64,000 bases of DNA from Yuukianura sp. NJ FZ-2021 (Eukaryota), in assembly GCA_046563655.1 (NCBI GenBank), contig CM102285.1:11532001-11596000 (forward strand), given 5' to 3'. A model generated the notes under the pieces. The model was not told the DNA's origin and ran no database searches. It saw nothing but the letters and a program-made list of their open reading frames with translations. A program made the translations under genes and the position numbers. Numbering within the stretch: the first letter of the stretch is position 1; every line of letters begins with the position of its first letter. This document shows positions 12,101 to 25,600 of the stretch, piece after piece.

Positions 12101-15100
12101 ATTTTAGACTTTTTCTGCAATTTTTCCTGAAATGCGGATGGCGGGGTGAGTTATTATTTTATTTCCAATTCCACCACATGCAAGTATTGAAATTAGGCCA
12201 AGTTTCCGTTAATTTTTTTGAAAGCAAAAAATGAATTCCAGGGAATAGGTCAACGAGTAATCAGCTAAACAACGCAACCGTGTTTCAGGAAACGGAAATG
12301 ACAGGAAAAAGTTAGGCTTTCATGTCTATGCCAATATTACACAATGGGAAGTCCGTGGATTCGTTTTATTTTTCGTTTCCTGTTGTCCCTGGGATTCTTC
12401 ATACCGTTATTCCTAAATTAATCCGGAACTTTACTTTGGAAATTCATTAGGGATGAAGATGACCTTGACATTCGTTGCTTACTTTAGTAAAGTCAAGCAA
12501 CGGAATCAAAACGGTAAGCTTTTGAGATGAGTAGGATGATATGTTAGAAATTATGTCGTGGGATACGAAAACTTTGTATCGACAAGCGTTGAGCATGACG
12601 CAGTAACTGATCTTCTGCATGATTGGACTAAAAGTTCAAAATCCACGGTACTCTTGTATGAACAAGATCGGCCACACCTTAGGCACGACATTTCAACCTA
12701 GCATGACCTCGGATGATTTTTTTCATGTTCGTATTTAGAGACTTAGAAAAATGAAGTGCCAATATTAGATCTTCTCAAATCCAATGTTGAACTTCATGCC
12801 TAATTTTGTTTTCCTTTGGACATGGATGCTGCCAAAAATGGCAATGTAATTATTAATCAGAAATTGGCATCATCACAAAAAGTGTCACATTTACAGTTAA
12901 TTTTTGATAGCTTCAAAATTGCATAACGCTACAAGTCGTGCTTAAATTAAATACAGACTTCAAATTAATAATTGGTAAAACAAAAATATATCTCAGTACA
13001 GATTGGTTGGATTGTGCAAAATTTTTGAAAAGTGGAAATATGAAATTGGGAGCCCTTTTTCCAAACAAGGAACAAAGAGCTGTAAAAATGTTAACAATAA
13101 CGTTCATTGATACTTATATCGTTTGCAGGTCTCTTGAGTCTATACATAGGTAATCTTCCTTGACGCCAACGCAAGTGGACACTTGACTAAGGGCTCTCCA
13201 TGTCAAGTACCTCTTGTTTTTTCAAAGTCCTCAAAGACCTTTATTGTTTTTTCCACTAAAACTCAGCAGTCCTCATCTTTTTATTTTTGTTGTCGAGTGA
13301 CCCTTGACCCTACACAAATAAAAATTTCTCTCAGAACCAGGAAGAAGGGACAGTTCAAATAGTTCAACGTTACACGATTCTAGACCAAGCTCTTCATGTT
13401 CAGTTTTTAAAAATGAATGTTCATATCTGCGGAAAGCAACAAAAGGGACTTAGCTTTGGGTTATAAAAGAAACTTTTTCGAAACTTGTATTCACTTCTTG
13501 TCTGATTTCGAGCAGAAAAGCTGAAAATTATGTAACAAAAAACGTAACACGACTTGACAAGTGGCAATTGACACAATTTTTAGATCCTTTATTATCCAAT
13601 TGTAAAATGTAGGTTCATGTGTCAACTATAAGGCTGGAGACGGCGACTGTAGTAGGGCACAATCATTTTTGAATTAAAGAAACCTTATGCTTAGAAATGT
13701 CAATTTGATGTTAGTCAGGGCGGGCAGTACCAGGCGCACTAATTTTGGCAAAACTAAAGGACTTTGCAGAAAGAAGTTATTCAAAGCACACAATTCGCAT
13801 TACGCCAAACGAATGTGGCACATTTTTCCTAATTCCTGAACTTTTTTTTCCGTTTTGTTTTTACGGAGAGAGTTAAGTGTGTCACTTCATGGGAAAATTC
13901 ACACACTAATCAAAATATTAAAACAGTACTTTGTAAAAATTCACACACTTTTAAGAGTTATAGCTAGTAATAAATCGCTGCATTTTGCATAAAAATTGTT
14001 CTGGATGGAAGAAACTTTACGATCTATTTTTTGCAACTAGCTTTTTCGGAAAAAGTAGCATTTTTAGTTTCTTAGATGTTCAAATCTTATGCATCATGTT
14101 ATGTAACTTGTGTATTTGTATTTCGTCATAGCTTTTCTGCATGATAAGAAGAGTAATTAAGTAGAGAGCTAATAACGTAAATTAGATTTCCAATCAATGC
14201 CTCGAGGAGGTCCTCAGTTATCTCAAGATTGTTGTAAATTTTCAAAGTGTGAAAGACCCACTTAAGGGAAGCGTTAGTGAGATTTTCATGAACAATGAAC
14301 GTCTCTTCTTCTATTATCTAGGAAATTAGATCCGGGCAGATGAAACCAGCGATAGCAACGCTTGCTTCCCGCTGCTTCTAGGCATTTCGTAACGCAGTGG
14401 CAATCTTAGCCAGTGGCTCATTTTCTAATTAGTAAGATCTCAAAGTAACTCACACCTTTAGGACAGAATTATGCTTGAGGATTAAGTACAAATCCGAGCC
14501 AAATCAAAATCAGCCTTGTAAAGACAAAATTAATGTTGTTGATTTTTTTCGTGCTAAGAACAAGATGTGGAGAGATGAAATGGTCAGATATTGGTCATGG
14601 TGGTTTATAGCCTAGGTTTTACAAGCACATGGAGCCAGCATCCCTGCCAGCCCTAGACATTGAAACAATGCCATTTTGGAAGGAGTCAGGAAAAACTATA
14701 AGTGCTCACAGTCACAACCCAAGTCCTTTACAACAATCGAATCCAACAATCATCCCATTGTTGTTGTTGTTGAACAGACGAGTCGAAAGAGCTTCCTTCC
14801 CAGTCGTCGTTCAGATGCCCCACAGCCCACAGTCCGCCTCCACAAACAGTGTTAAACAGCATTTACAGCCGAAACGACTTGTCTCATCATTTTGCATTGT
14901 TGCAAAAGTGTAAAATTAAACAGACGAAGGTCTCCACTTACACGACTGACAACCAATCCTTGAAAATCAATTTCAAATTGGAAGCTACTTTGTGTCAAAT
15001 TGAACATCAACAAAGGAAATTGAATTTAATAAATGAACAGAGAGTGACTCGTGAGTGCTTTGAAAACATCCTTCAAAATCTGAATTCCTGTAAGGACTAA

Positions 15101-15224
15101 CGCTGGCGGCGGTAAATTTCTTGTGTAAGCTGAAATTCTAAACAAACGCCTCCATGCACTCGTAATTTTAAAGAATTTTGGACAAAAACGGCGATTTTGG
15201 TGGATCAATTATTTTTCCAAATTC

Positions 15225-15391
15225 ATTTTTAAGACAAATTTTTGTTTAATTTAAACGCCATTCAATATTTTTGTGAATTCTAGGTTGTAAAATTTAAATT
15301 TTTTAAAAGTTAAAAGCTAAACGCGTGAGGGCTTAGAATTTATTAAAATATTGAATGGCTTTTAAATTGAACAAAAATCCGTCTCAAAAAT
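15225..15391. repeat. Short palindromic element (MITE-like): ~58-bp inverted arms around a ~48-bp spacer
   Basis: aagacaaatttttgtttaatttaaacgccattcaatatttttgtgaattcta pairs with tagaatttattaaaatattgaatggcttttaaattgaacaaaaatccgtctc. Confidence 0.75.
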
Positions 15392-16639
15392 TCCAAGCTA
15401 AATTTCAATTTCAAATTCGAAATTCAATTCTCCTTCGAAAAAAAAACGTAACCTTTGGTCATTTATGAAGGTGACGAAGTGTAAATAACGAAATAATTCT
15501 TTCATCGTTTCATCATTCCAGGTTTGTTTTTAAGAAAAAAAAATCCAGTACTGCCAAAAAAGGAAGTGTTTAGGCGTAGCGTGTCTAGACTACAATTTGA
15601 ACAAGCTTTTCAAATAGAAGCGTTAGTACCTTCGGAAGAAGACCAAGGCAGAAGTTTTAGTTGAAGAAGCAGAACTTCATCAATTACTTTCGTTCCAAGA
15701 ACTATTCAAGAAGTGGATCTTGGTTCCAGGATTCTGGAAGTGACGGTCGTGCTTGCATCATTAGTTTTTCACTACTCAAACTACTGACTGTTTCTGCTGC
15801 TTCTAAGACCAAGTGGAAAGGATTGACCATAACAACTTTTTTGTCCCGATTCAATTTTTGAGTAACAACAAAAGCAGAAGGAAGCAGCAAAAAAAATCAA
15901 GTGAAGTCAAATGTGAATTCCCCTGAAGCAAGTGTTTTTTCAACGTTTTGAAAGCTGAATAACTTACCTTGAGATTAAGTCGAAATAATCTGTGGGTGAA
16001 TCATGGAGGCGAATGTGCTTTTGTATCTGTTGTGCATCTGCTAGAAGGATCTTCTTCTTCCTAGGACAAGCCCAGATCAGCTTTTGCAAATTTGTACGAA
16101 AGATGATGACGACAATGACGGAATCTCCTAAATTTGTGAAACATTCACCATCGTCACTTTCTTTCACGCTCATCTGCACTTAAAAGACGTTTCCAGATTG
16201 TCATTTCGAATTAGTTTCAATTTCTATTTTTGAAGCCTACAGCATTTGCTTAAGTCCAATTTGTCTTCTTTTATTATTTCTTGACTCTTTCTAAAGTCCA
16301 ATATAAGGTTAAACTTGGGAAAGTGATTCGGAAATTGTGGGAAGAAAGTGTACGAGGACTTTTTTTTTGTGAAAATCAAAATTGTGGGAAACGCATCACG
16401 CAAGAAGTGTATAGTTGAACTCATTTCTTTTTTTGTACAAAAAGTTCAAATGTCGGGAACTGTTCTGCTTGACACATTGTGAAAAATTTGAGGCGTCCTC
16501 CGAAGCAGAACTTGGAACGAATTGTGAACAAATTGCCAAAAAGAGATTTTCATTCAAATACAAATCTTCATTTGCTTCTGCTGTGAACATCTTCAAAAAT
16601 TGTGATTTGTGAAGAAACGTAGCCATTTCATCTTGAAAA

Positions 16640-19600
16640 ATGTCAAAATTTAATTTAAATCCACGCGGATTGGCGGAAGATTTTAGTGAAAATGATCCGG
16701 ATGGACTCAATTCCCGAAGTTTAACATCTCGATTTCGATTTTTGTCGTGGAGTGAAGAAACTTACTCCACCCGGGAATTCGTCAAAACCTACCCTCTACC
16801 TCGAGTTGTTCGGATTACAAATTATGAAGAAGGAAACGTTTTGAAAAATTTAATTGTTCCGTCAGATGTGGATATAACACAACCTCTGCTGCTCTACCGA
16901 AAATATCGACAGCTCAAACTACAAGCAAAGTGTCTCAAAATTCAAAAATCGGGAAAATGGAAAGAAGTTGGACCAAGTCTTGTCATTCCAGACACATTTC
17001 CTGGTAAGTTTCACGGCGTCTCTTCACATTATTTTTTTCAAATGAGAAACTGATTTATTTAGAGCTGCCTATTTAAAATTCTAAATAACTCTTTGAGTAA
17101 AACAGAATGAGGTCTCAGATATGTAACTGATTTTGTAACTTTTGAATTTCAAAAACCTCTGTGTGTGATCTGCTGGTAGCAGTAGTGGATGAGCATCCGA
17201 AATTGCTTTGTTTTGGTTTGACTATTTCGAAATTATGAACCAAAAAAATTCAAAAAGCGTAGATGGTAAAAGAAGGCGGTAAGAGCGTTTAGAGCCACCT
17301 TGAAGTTGAAGTGTCACGATCTTGTGGTGATTTGTTGATTTGGAGGTGTTGGGATAAGGCACACTAAATTGTTTTTGGAAGAGATTTCCTAAACGACTAT
17401 TTTGGGAAAATTACTTAAGAGTAAATCATGATTCTTGCTGTTGTCTTTAAACGAGAAAAACTCGTGATTAGATTTTGGATTTTTTGTGCTTTCATTTAAA
17501 CAACATAAAGTAAAAAGAAAAGCGAAGGTGTGAAATTTTTATTATTTAGGGAACGCAAGTGCTAAGTTTTGACTCCCTACGTGCTAAATGCAATTTCCTG
17601 AAAGCATGACTTATACCTGTGCAAATGAGTTTTACGAATGCCTCTTCCGTGATTCAAAATAAGTCATGCAACTTCCAAAAATTTTCAAAAAATGTAAAAT
17701 TCTTTTTACTGCTTTGCCCAGTAGCTTTAGAGCAGTGTTCAAAAGTAGAAAAGTTATTACGTTAGTTGATGGAAGATACTTCCGGAGGCGTACTCTGTAC
17801 ACTAAACCACTTACAAAATCCATGACACCTTCTTCGTGAATAGATAATTTATGACTTTTGAAATATTATAATGAAATTTGATCCAAGGGTGGAAATTGCT
17901 TCCATTGTTCATAAAGAGTTATGCAAAAAGTCAATTCCTTATTGTCTCTCTCTAAGATTTGCAGTTATATTCTTCATGTTCTTTTGTTAACTTAACTTGC
18001 TGAACAACTTTCCCATGTTTCTTACTAAAGTACTAAAGTAATCGAGTCGTGAGTTAATCCTTTAAAAGGCGGACAAAATTGTGTTATACTTGCAACAACA
18101 CAAATTTTAACAGACAAGGGTGACGTAAAAAAGTGCAAAAGGTTATTAAGATCTTTGTACAAAAATTTTGATGAATTTTGTCTTCAATTGCAAAGAGCAG
18201 AAAAAAGTGGGATGAGCAATAATCGCTTAGTAGTTGCAATCAGGGCAGACACTAATGCATAACTGTCTTTTTCCTAAAAGATTTAACTTGCCCCTGCCTA
18301 AAGGATGAATTACTTTTAGGAAATGTGTAGTAACATTGCAAAATTCCAATTACGATGATCACATACCAACTTACGGAAACATAATATCAGTATTGCCAAT
18401 TGAACAGTATGTTGATGCATTGTTGGAGCATCTTGAATAATGGAAAACCATTGAGCGTAGCGTTAAGCCCATTACATCAAAGACAAATTGCTTCAACGAA
18501 AACAATTGATCCAGATTTAGTTTAACACTAACAAAAGCATTGCAGGTTTGCAGTGTAGCAAGAGCAATGCCGCTCCTCATTTGCGAAATCCTTGCAAATT
18601 TTTTCGCCAATTTTAAACGTTTCTTCTGAACAAGGAAAAGTCCAGTTCCCAAATCGCCACTCTTTCCAAAAATTTGCTCGCTGATTTTTTCGAACTTCGA
18701 AAAAATTTAAAAACGAAGTAAATCTTTTCTTTTCTTTTTTTGAGACTCGACCCATCAAACTAAATTATGCAGAAGTTGATCTGTTTCAGTTACAATGCTA
18801 ATAGCAAGTATTTGAATTCCGAAATTTGATTGGAGTTAAATTTCAGAACTCTTTTCTTTGCAAGTTTTTCAAAAATAATGATTTATGTTTTGTTGAGAAA
18901 TTTTTGAGATTTTTTTATGAGCACCTTTTAGCATTAATTGGGATTCAGCAGCTGAGGCTCCCAGAATGCAAAATGCAATCAGAATTCATAGATTTATAAC
19001 TTAAACCTGTTGAACCACTTCCCTTTGCTTTTGCAAAGTGCCTACTGCACTGGAGTTGAGACAACGGTATTATTTTAACAACGTAAAGATACAGGCAGAC
19101 GTCTCAAATTCCAACGTCGAATTGTAAAGATGAATTGAACATGCAAAAATTTCAGGAAAGTTTCCACCAACCTGATGCCAAAATTTTGTACTTTTTTTTC
19201 TCGAAATGTAGAAAATGTTCTTTTTATTAGTCACGATTCACTGATTCATTGGACTTTTCCAATTCATTGGAGTGTCACCGACAATTCAACGACAACATTT
19301 TGCTTGTTCGCTAAAACAAAAAAAAAGCAAGAATGTGCACTTTTGACGGCTTTTTACAACGAAAAAGAAAAACAGCTTCTTCTAATTTGACTTTTAAACA
19401 AACCTTAACAGTTAGTTAATAAAATTTGCTGCATTTTTAATCTCGTTGCATCTCGTAACTGTAAATTAAAATTGGCTTCAAAATTTAATTGCTTTCAGAA
19501 TAAATAGTTCATTTGCCAAGATTTGCCTGTGAAATTTATGAGGAACGATGATCGTCGTCTCGTTTGCCAAACTTTGACAGATTGAACGTGCAGAAAAAAT

Positions 19601-22600
19601 TTCATGCCTTTCAAATTTTGAAATCTGTTTTGAAATGAAATGAAATATAACCGAATTTTGATTTCGGACAATGGAATTCTTTGACCTTTGAAGTCTGGTT
19701 CTTTGGCCTCAGGATTTTTTCCAAATTTGGTGTGGTTCAAGTGCATGAGAAGATTCGCATGCAAATATTTTGCATGAATATGTTTAGTCAAGCGAAACTG
19801 AAATAGGAACGAACGGTTCATCAGTACCAAATTTTAGCATGGAAGATCTTACATAAAACAAAGAGGTGATCTGCAAGTTAAGTTCATAAACAGGGTGTGG
19901 CCTCTGCCAATCCGTGCGCGAATCTTCTATTTTAAGATTGGCATCACAATGACCTATCCTAAAGTAAAGATAGCGTAACTCACTTGATTGATTGTTAAAC
20001 CCAGTGAGTAGGCGTAAACATTATGTTTCTGAGTCATTATGTATTCACACCAGCACTTCAACGGTCTTAGGCCCTTCAACATCCCATGAAAAGTGAAATG
20101 TTCAAAGGATTTGGCATTACAAGATTCAGAATATAAACTTTTAAGCCTCAAGGAACATAACAGGAGTTATGTTCTGCCAATTCTAATGATTCAGCAACTT
20201 CTGACGACTTCTGTAACTAACTATGATTAAGTATCTTAAGTTTTTGGTAACTAACATTGAGAAATCAGTGGAGCTCGAACATGAAAGAAACAACGGAATC
20301 TTTTGTCAAGTACAACTCCACGATCTCTTAAAAATTGAAGCAGAACCGCTTTTTAAAACACCGTTTTCAAAATGTCCGAATGATTTCTTGAATTTGAAAA
20401 ATAGCTTCTTGTTTTTTCCAATTTAAATTGTAACCTGCGGCTGCCTTTTTGATTTGACGGCAAAACTCCGCCTTACTTAATCTTTCCCAATTTCAAAATT
20501 GTAATTTTTGCATGCAAAACACTTACTCGAAATTTACTAACTCAAGTTGAAACTAATGTTGAGGAGGAGAAGTTAATTAAGTAGCCCGTTAGATTTCGGT
20601 CCGTTAAGAGCATTGGGCTTGTCAATTTTTAAAAGAATCCAAAACGTTAGTAAAATATTTTGAGTTCAACACAACACTGCGTGGGTTTTTCTTCAAATTC
20701 TCGTAAAGAACAACAACCACCATCGTTTTTATTGTAATTTCATGCATATAAAATCCCAAGTTGAGTTAGTGCCGTTTCGGTTCGTAAAAAAATCGTGTGT
20801 ACCCAGGAAGTGTACTGTTCTTTTCACTTAAACTTGTGCAATTTCTGGGTAAGATGATATTCTTTAGGAATCGTAATTTGAGAGTCAAGTTAATTGCAAT
20901 TTTTAAGTTTTTTGGCAAACCTGTCTAAAAAGTGAGTTTTGGCTTGGGCTTTGTGCTTGCAAGTCGTGAAGATGATAAAGATTCGAATCAATTTTTCAGC
21001 AGATTTGTTTCTTTTGCTAATTATAAGAGATGAGAGTAGTTAAGGATAGTCATTATCGTTGAGTTAGATCATTTCGAAGTGAAAGTTTTCTTTTGATTTA
21101 ACAATTTTTGGGTTAGTAAATTTCATTTTCAAAAGTTGAATCAAAAGAAGCTTTACAAATCATTGTTGATACTTCTATTTTGTACTTTGTGAACGAAAAT
21201 TAAAAAGCGAGAGTGTATAACCTAGAAACGATTCTTAAGTCGTAAAAAAGAGTAAGATTTGAAAACATTTTTCACAGAGTCAAGAGAGATGAAAAGTAAT
21301 TTTCATTGTATTTACTTATTAACTGCAAATAGCCTTCAGCTTAGAGGCTAAAAAAATTCAAAACAATTACAACAAATTGTATACATTTTCGTATTCACAA
21401 TTTTTGGAAATTACTTTTACTTCCTGACTGTACGTTTTAGCATAAATTTATTACAATGCTTATTTTCCATTTCATTTCATTCAATCCCTGAAAGTGTCAA
21501 ATTTTACACTTTCAAGCAATTTTTGCGGTGCCTGTCACTAACATTTTCAGTAAAAGTGTTGACAAATGTGCTAAAATTTGTACAAATTGGTGAACAGCGT
21601 TATTTTATTATAAAATTCTAAACTACTAAATTATGAATGAATGCTTAAAAGTTTTGCTGAAAGGACGAATTTAAATGGAGATGAATGAAATTTTGTTGCT
21701 ACTAACTGACAATTCCAAGATTTATGCTTGAGTTGCAAAGCAAAGCACAGAGACGTGATTGATGACAAGGATTGCATAAAAGGTTGACCTACACAGTCGA
21801 CATCCCCCATTGTTTTTCTCCTTTTGTGTTTTGGATATGGAATTGAAAGCGATCATCGTTGTACGAGATGCATTTAACCTCAATGTCAACCTAACATTTA
21901 ACTAACATTACTTAGTATTTAAACAGGACAGTAACAATAAAAAATTTGGGAGAGGACATGTCCTAAAATGGAAACGAAATCAAAAGTGTTGCAAACCATG
22001 TGAGCCTTAAGGGACTTTGTAACCAATTTAAATTAATTGAGCTTCCACATGTCCATAACTAACTGCAGAATTTAGCTCCTAACTTTTATAGTCAAATTAA
22101 AGTAGGAAAAGTAAGAGGGACGCTTAAATCAACAACTTTTTGGCACGACCTATTCTTTAAAGGGTCTCTGGCAGTTTCCAAATTTGGAATTTTAAAAAAA
22201 CGACTACACAAATCAAACACTAGTTAAAACCTTTTAATTGTTGAGCTTCAGTAATTTTGAAATTAAATGTGACACTAATAATTTTTTTGAGTAGAGATGC
22301 GGAGGTATGTGTTTTTGGACACCCTGCTGCGCCATGGCTATGTCACCTTGACTTGCTCAATTGTTGGTTAATGGAAAATTGCCATAAAGACAAATTACAA
22401 CTGAGTGCTGAGTTGTAAAATCCATAAAGTGTATTTGATATTAACACTATGAAATGGATAACCTTATTTTTTTGTTCCCAAATTTGCAAAGTTTGTGAAA
22501 AAAAAAGTTAAGGAAGGCGTTTTTTTTTCGCCTAAAATCTTTTCGACTCATTTATCATTTTAACACATTTAAATACAATTTAATGCAATCCTTCAATTTC

Positions 22601-25600
22601 AAATTCCATTTACAATTGCAATTGTGTATTTTTTTTGTATTTTGAAAAAAATTCATAACCATCTACGGTGGAATTCCTCAAATTTGCACGTAATCGATTA
22701 CTCGTTTTGAAATTGCGGAAAAGTTTCCGGATCCTTTTTGATTTGGCAGCCCAAATCAAAAATTTTTGCTACTTGTATTTGAAATTATAATTAAAAACGT
22801 CCTTACTCTTAAAACTCGATTAACTTTATGTATGTTCCGCACCTTTACCTTGAGTTTAGTGCAAAATTAAAATCACCGATTGCAATTACTCTCACAAGGT
22901 AATTTCAAACCAGTAATTAAGATCAAACGCTACAACGTTTGTTATAATTGACAACCAACAGGAACCAAGCCCATTACGTTCTGATCAATCACTCTGTTTG
23001 ACGGAAGACAAAAAAACAGCAAACACCTATTAATTATTGGAGTCTTAGAAGTATTGATTAACCAATTCATTTTGTAAGTTATTAAATGTTACACATCCTC
23101 CTGTATCACACCTCTAGGCTACTAAAATTGATTCATTATCAGAATGAGCTGAGTAATTAATAAAGTCTTGTGAACATGTCAAATTTAAGAATAAATCATT
23201 CTAGCCTGCTCAATTACAACTTGCTGAGCTCTTTCCGGCACTCTTGACCAATTAGACATAACAAAACATAAGTTGTGCGAATCGAGTTAACTTTTAACTA
23301 AGCTTAAAAAGCAAAACCTTGAGATACAATTTAAGTTAAGGAAGAAAAAGGAGCTTATGAGCTTGACCTTAAAGTCCTTGTGTGAGTGTCCTACTTTACA
23401 AATAAAGACTTTGGACAATTCATTCATAGTTAAAAAAATGTAGAGCAAACTTGTAAGAGAGCGGATACAATTTCCTTGTATATTAAATCTCTACGCGCGT
23501 ATAATTGCAGTTGAAACAATTCAGCACACCGGATATGAACAGATTTACGAGCCAGTTAATGCCAAGTCATCTTCAGCAAATGCACATCTTTGTCCTTTTT
23601 GAACAAATTGTTTTACAAATTGCAATGACCAAGAGTAAAAGTTTCAAAATTGTTGGCATATTAAGGATTCGATGTGCTCGATTGTTATGGCCAAGGAAAA
23701 GCTAAGATTAGATTTTTGAAAAACTGCGTGCGATCACGGGTGAGTGAAAGTTTAAAAAATGGAGCTTGCTGTTGTTTACGTTTTTTCATGCCAATCATAT
23801 TTCAGATTTTCATCTTGATCGTGTCTTGCTCATCTTAGGCTTTGAATTGTATGGAAAAAGACAAATTGGTTCAACAGTTGACAATAGATTATTAACAATG
23901 ACTCGTCATAGTGCTCCACCCAGAACATGTTCAGAATCTAAACTAAATTATGACGAAAAACTAACCAGCTCATCCCATTGTCTAAAATGTTCAACTTTAA
24001 GATGATGATGACATGACCATTTGTACAGAAATTTTGCAAATCTTGACTAAGACAGTACCCTGCAATGTTTTTGCAGATAATGACGAGGCACGGTTAGGGG
24101 TCACGCTCAGGTCATGTTGGGCTTGCGGTCAAAATTTACACTTCCGCTTCACGATAAGAGTTTCAGCAAAGTCATAAAATTGAGAGTTCGTTTGCTTTTG
24201 CAAATCTCTAAAAACGCTTAAGCCATCCATCACTCGCTTTATGCGTTTTAATTAGAATTGTGGTTGAGCAAGTTTTTTTTTGGGCAAGCGTATTGAGACT
24301 GAAGGTGTAAATGTAAATTTTAGTGGAAATTAATGTGTCAAATTGACGCGGTGCTGTCACAAGTTAAACTTGGACGTAATTTCTGGGTGTAATACCCTGT
24401 GTTAATAACCTCCAAATAAAAAAAAACGCCAAAATCACTTGAGACGTTATGATTATGTTGCACGGAACTTGAGAAAGAAAATGAAAATCAGTTTCTCGAA
24501 TGTCGAGAATTTAGCAAAGAGAAAGATAATTTACTCAAAAAAAATTTTTATGTCTAAAACGTGTATTTTTTGTGTTATTCCAGGCTGGTTTTCTCTCCTC
24601 GGTCAAGACGGAAAGGAATGCTCGATGATGTTGACCTCGTTGGGTCAAGTGGCTGCTGCCAGAGTTCCAGCGTTTCTAACCAAATACGACATTGGAACAG
24701 TATACAGACTCACCGAGTCCTCAGGTACTTACAAAAACAAATGTCGCCATGCAAAACACATAAATAATTGCACAACTTTCCTTGCAAGGCAGTAGATTTA
24801 AAATGTAGGCTCATATGTTAAAGATTTCTATCTTTCCTTGTCAGAAGATGGATAGAGCCGAAGAGGCTTAAGTGATGGGGATATTTGCACAAGGAACAAC
24901 GCTAAAAACTTTCAGTTACATTTTACACATTTACATTCATTAAAAAACCTTTAAAAATTTTTGAACTTGGACTTAATGGTTGTGGACGTAAAAAACCTGT
25001 TGTCCAAGTGGACCTTTTAGCATCTCTTAAAATCCTTAATTTCCGAGTTGTTTAGAGTGCTGAGAGACTGAGAGGTCAAGTGATGCCAGCCTAAGGACTC
25101 CCGGCTGTGGTAACCACTTTACATTAGGGTTGCTATGTGGTTACAAAAACCAACTCAGGGTAGAGTGATTACCTACCACCTTTACCGCATGATGTTGCCA
25201 AGGTGCCAACGTCAAGGCAACCTCCTGCCAATACCATCTTAAAAATTCAGGATGATCTTCTCCTTGTAAACTTTCCGAAGTGGCCCTTTGGCTTAATTGG
25301 ATGACAAGGTGAAGTAGGACTAAAGCCACCTAGTGAATGATTTACGGTAATGATGTGATGATTGGTAACGGCATGACGAGATGATGGTTAAAATAAAATG
25401 TCACATCATCTTTGAATTTATTCCGGTTTTTTGAAGCCACAGAGTCATAACGGTGTCACTGATGCGTGAGATTTCTCACTTCAAAACTTAATCATACGCT
25501 GTCACCACAGGAAGACCTTGCCTTACTGACATGGTGACCGTGACATGATAAAAATTTCATCACAAAAATCGTTTTTTGTTCTGATTTGCAGAGACTGATG

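Noticed and set aside
9200..16600. Short ORFs in the intergenic region, and ORFs within CABIT introns or antisense to the Tret1 exons
   Set aside because: No recognisable domains or splice-consistent partners. They are consistent with random or shadow ORFs.
25350..25465. Intronic C/D snoRNA (GTGATGA ... CTGA) in the CABIT gene
   Set aside because: No terminal stem and no rRNA-complementary guide that I could recognise.
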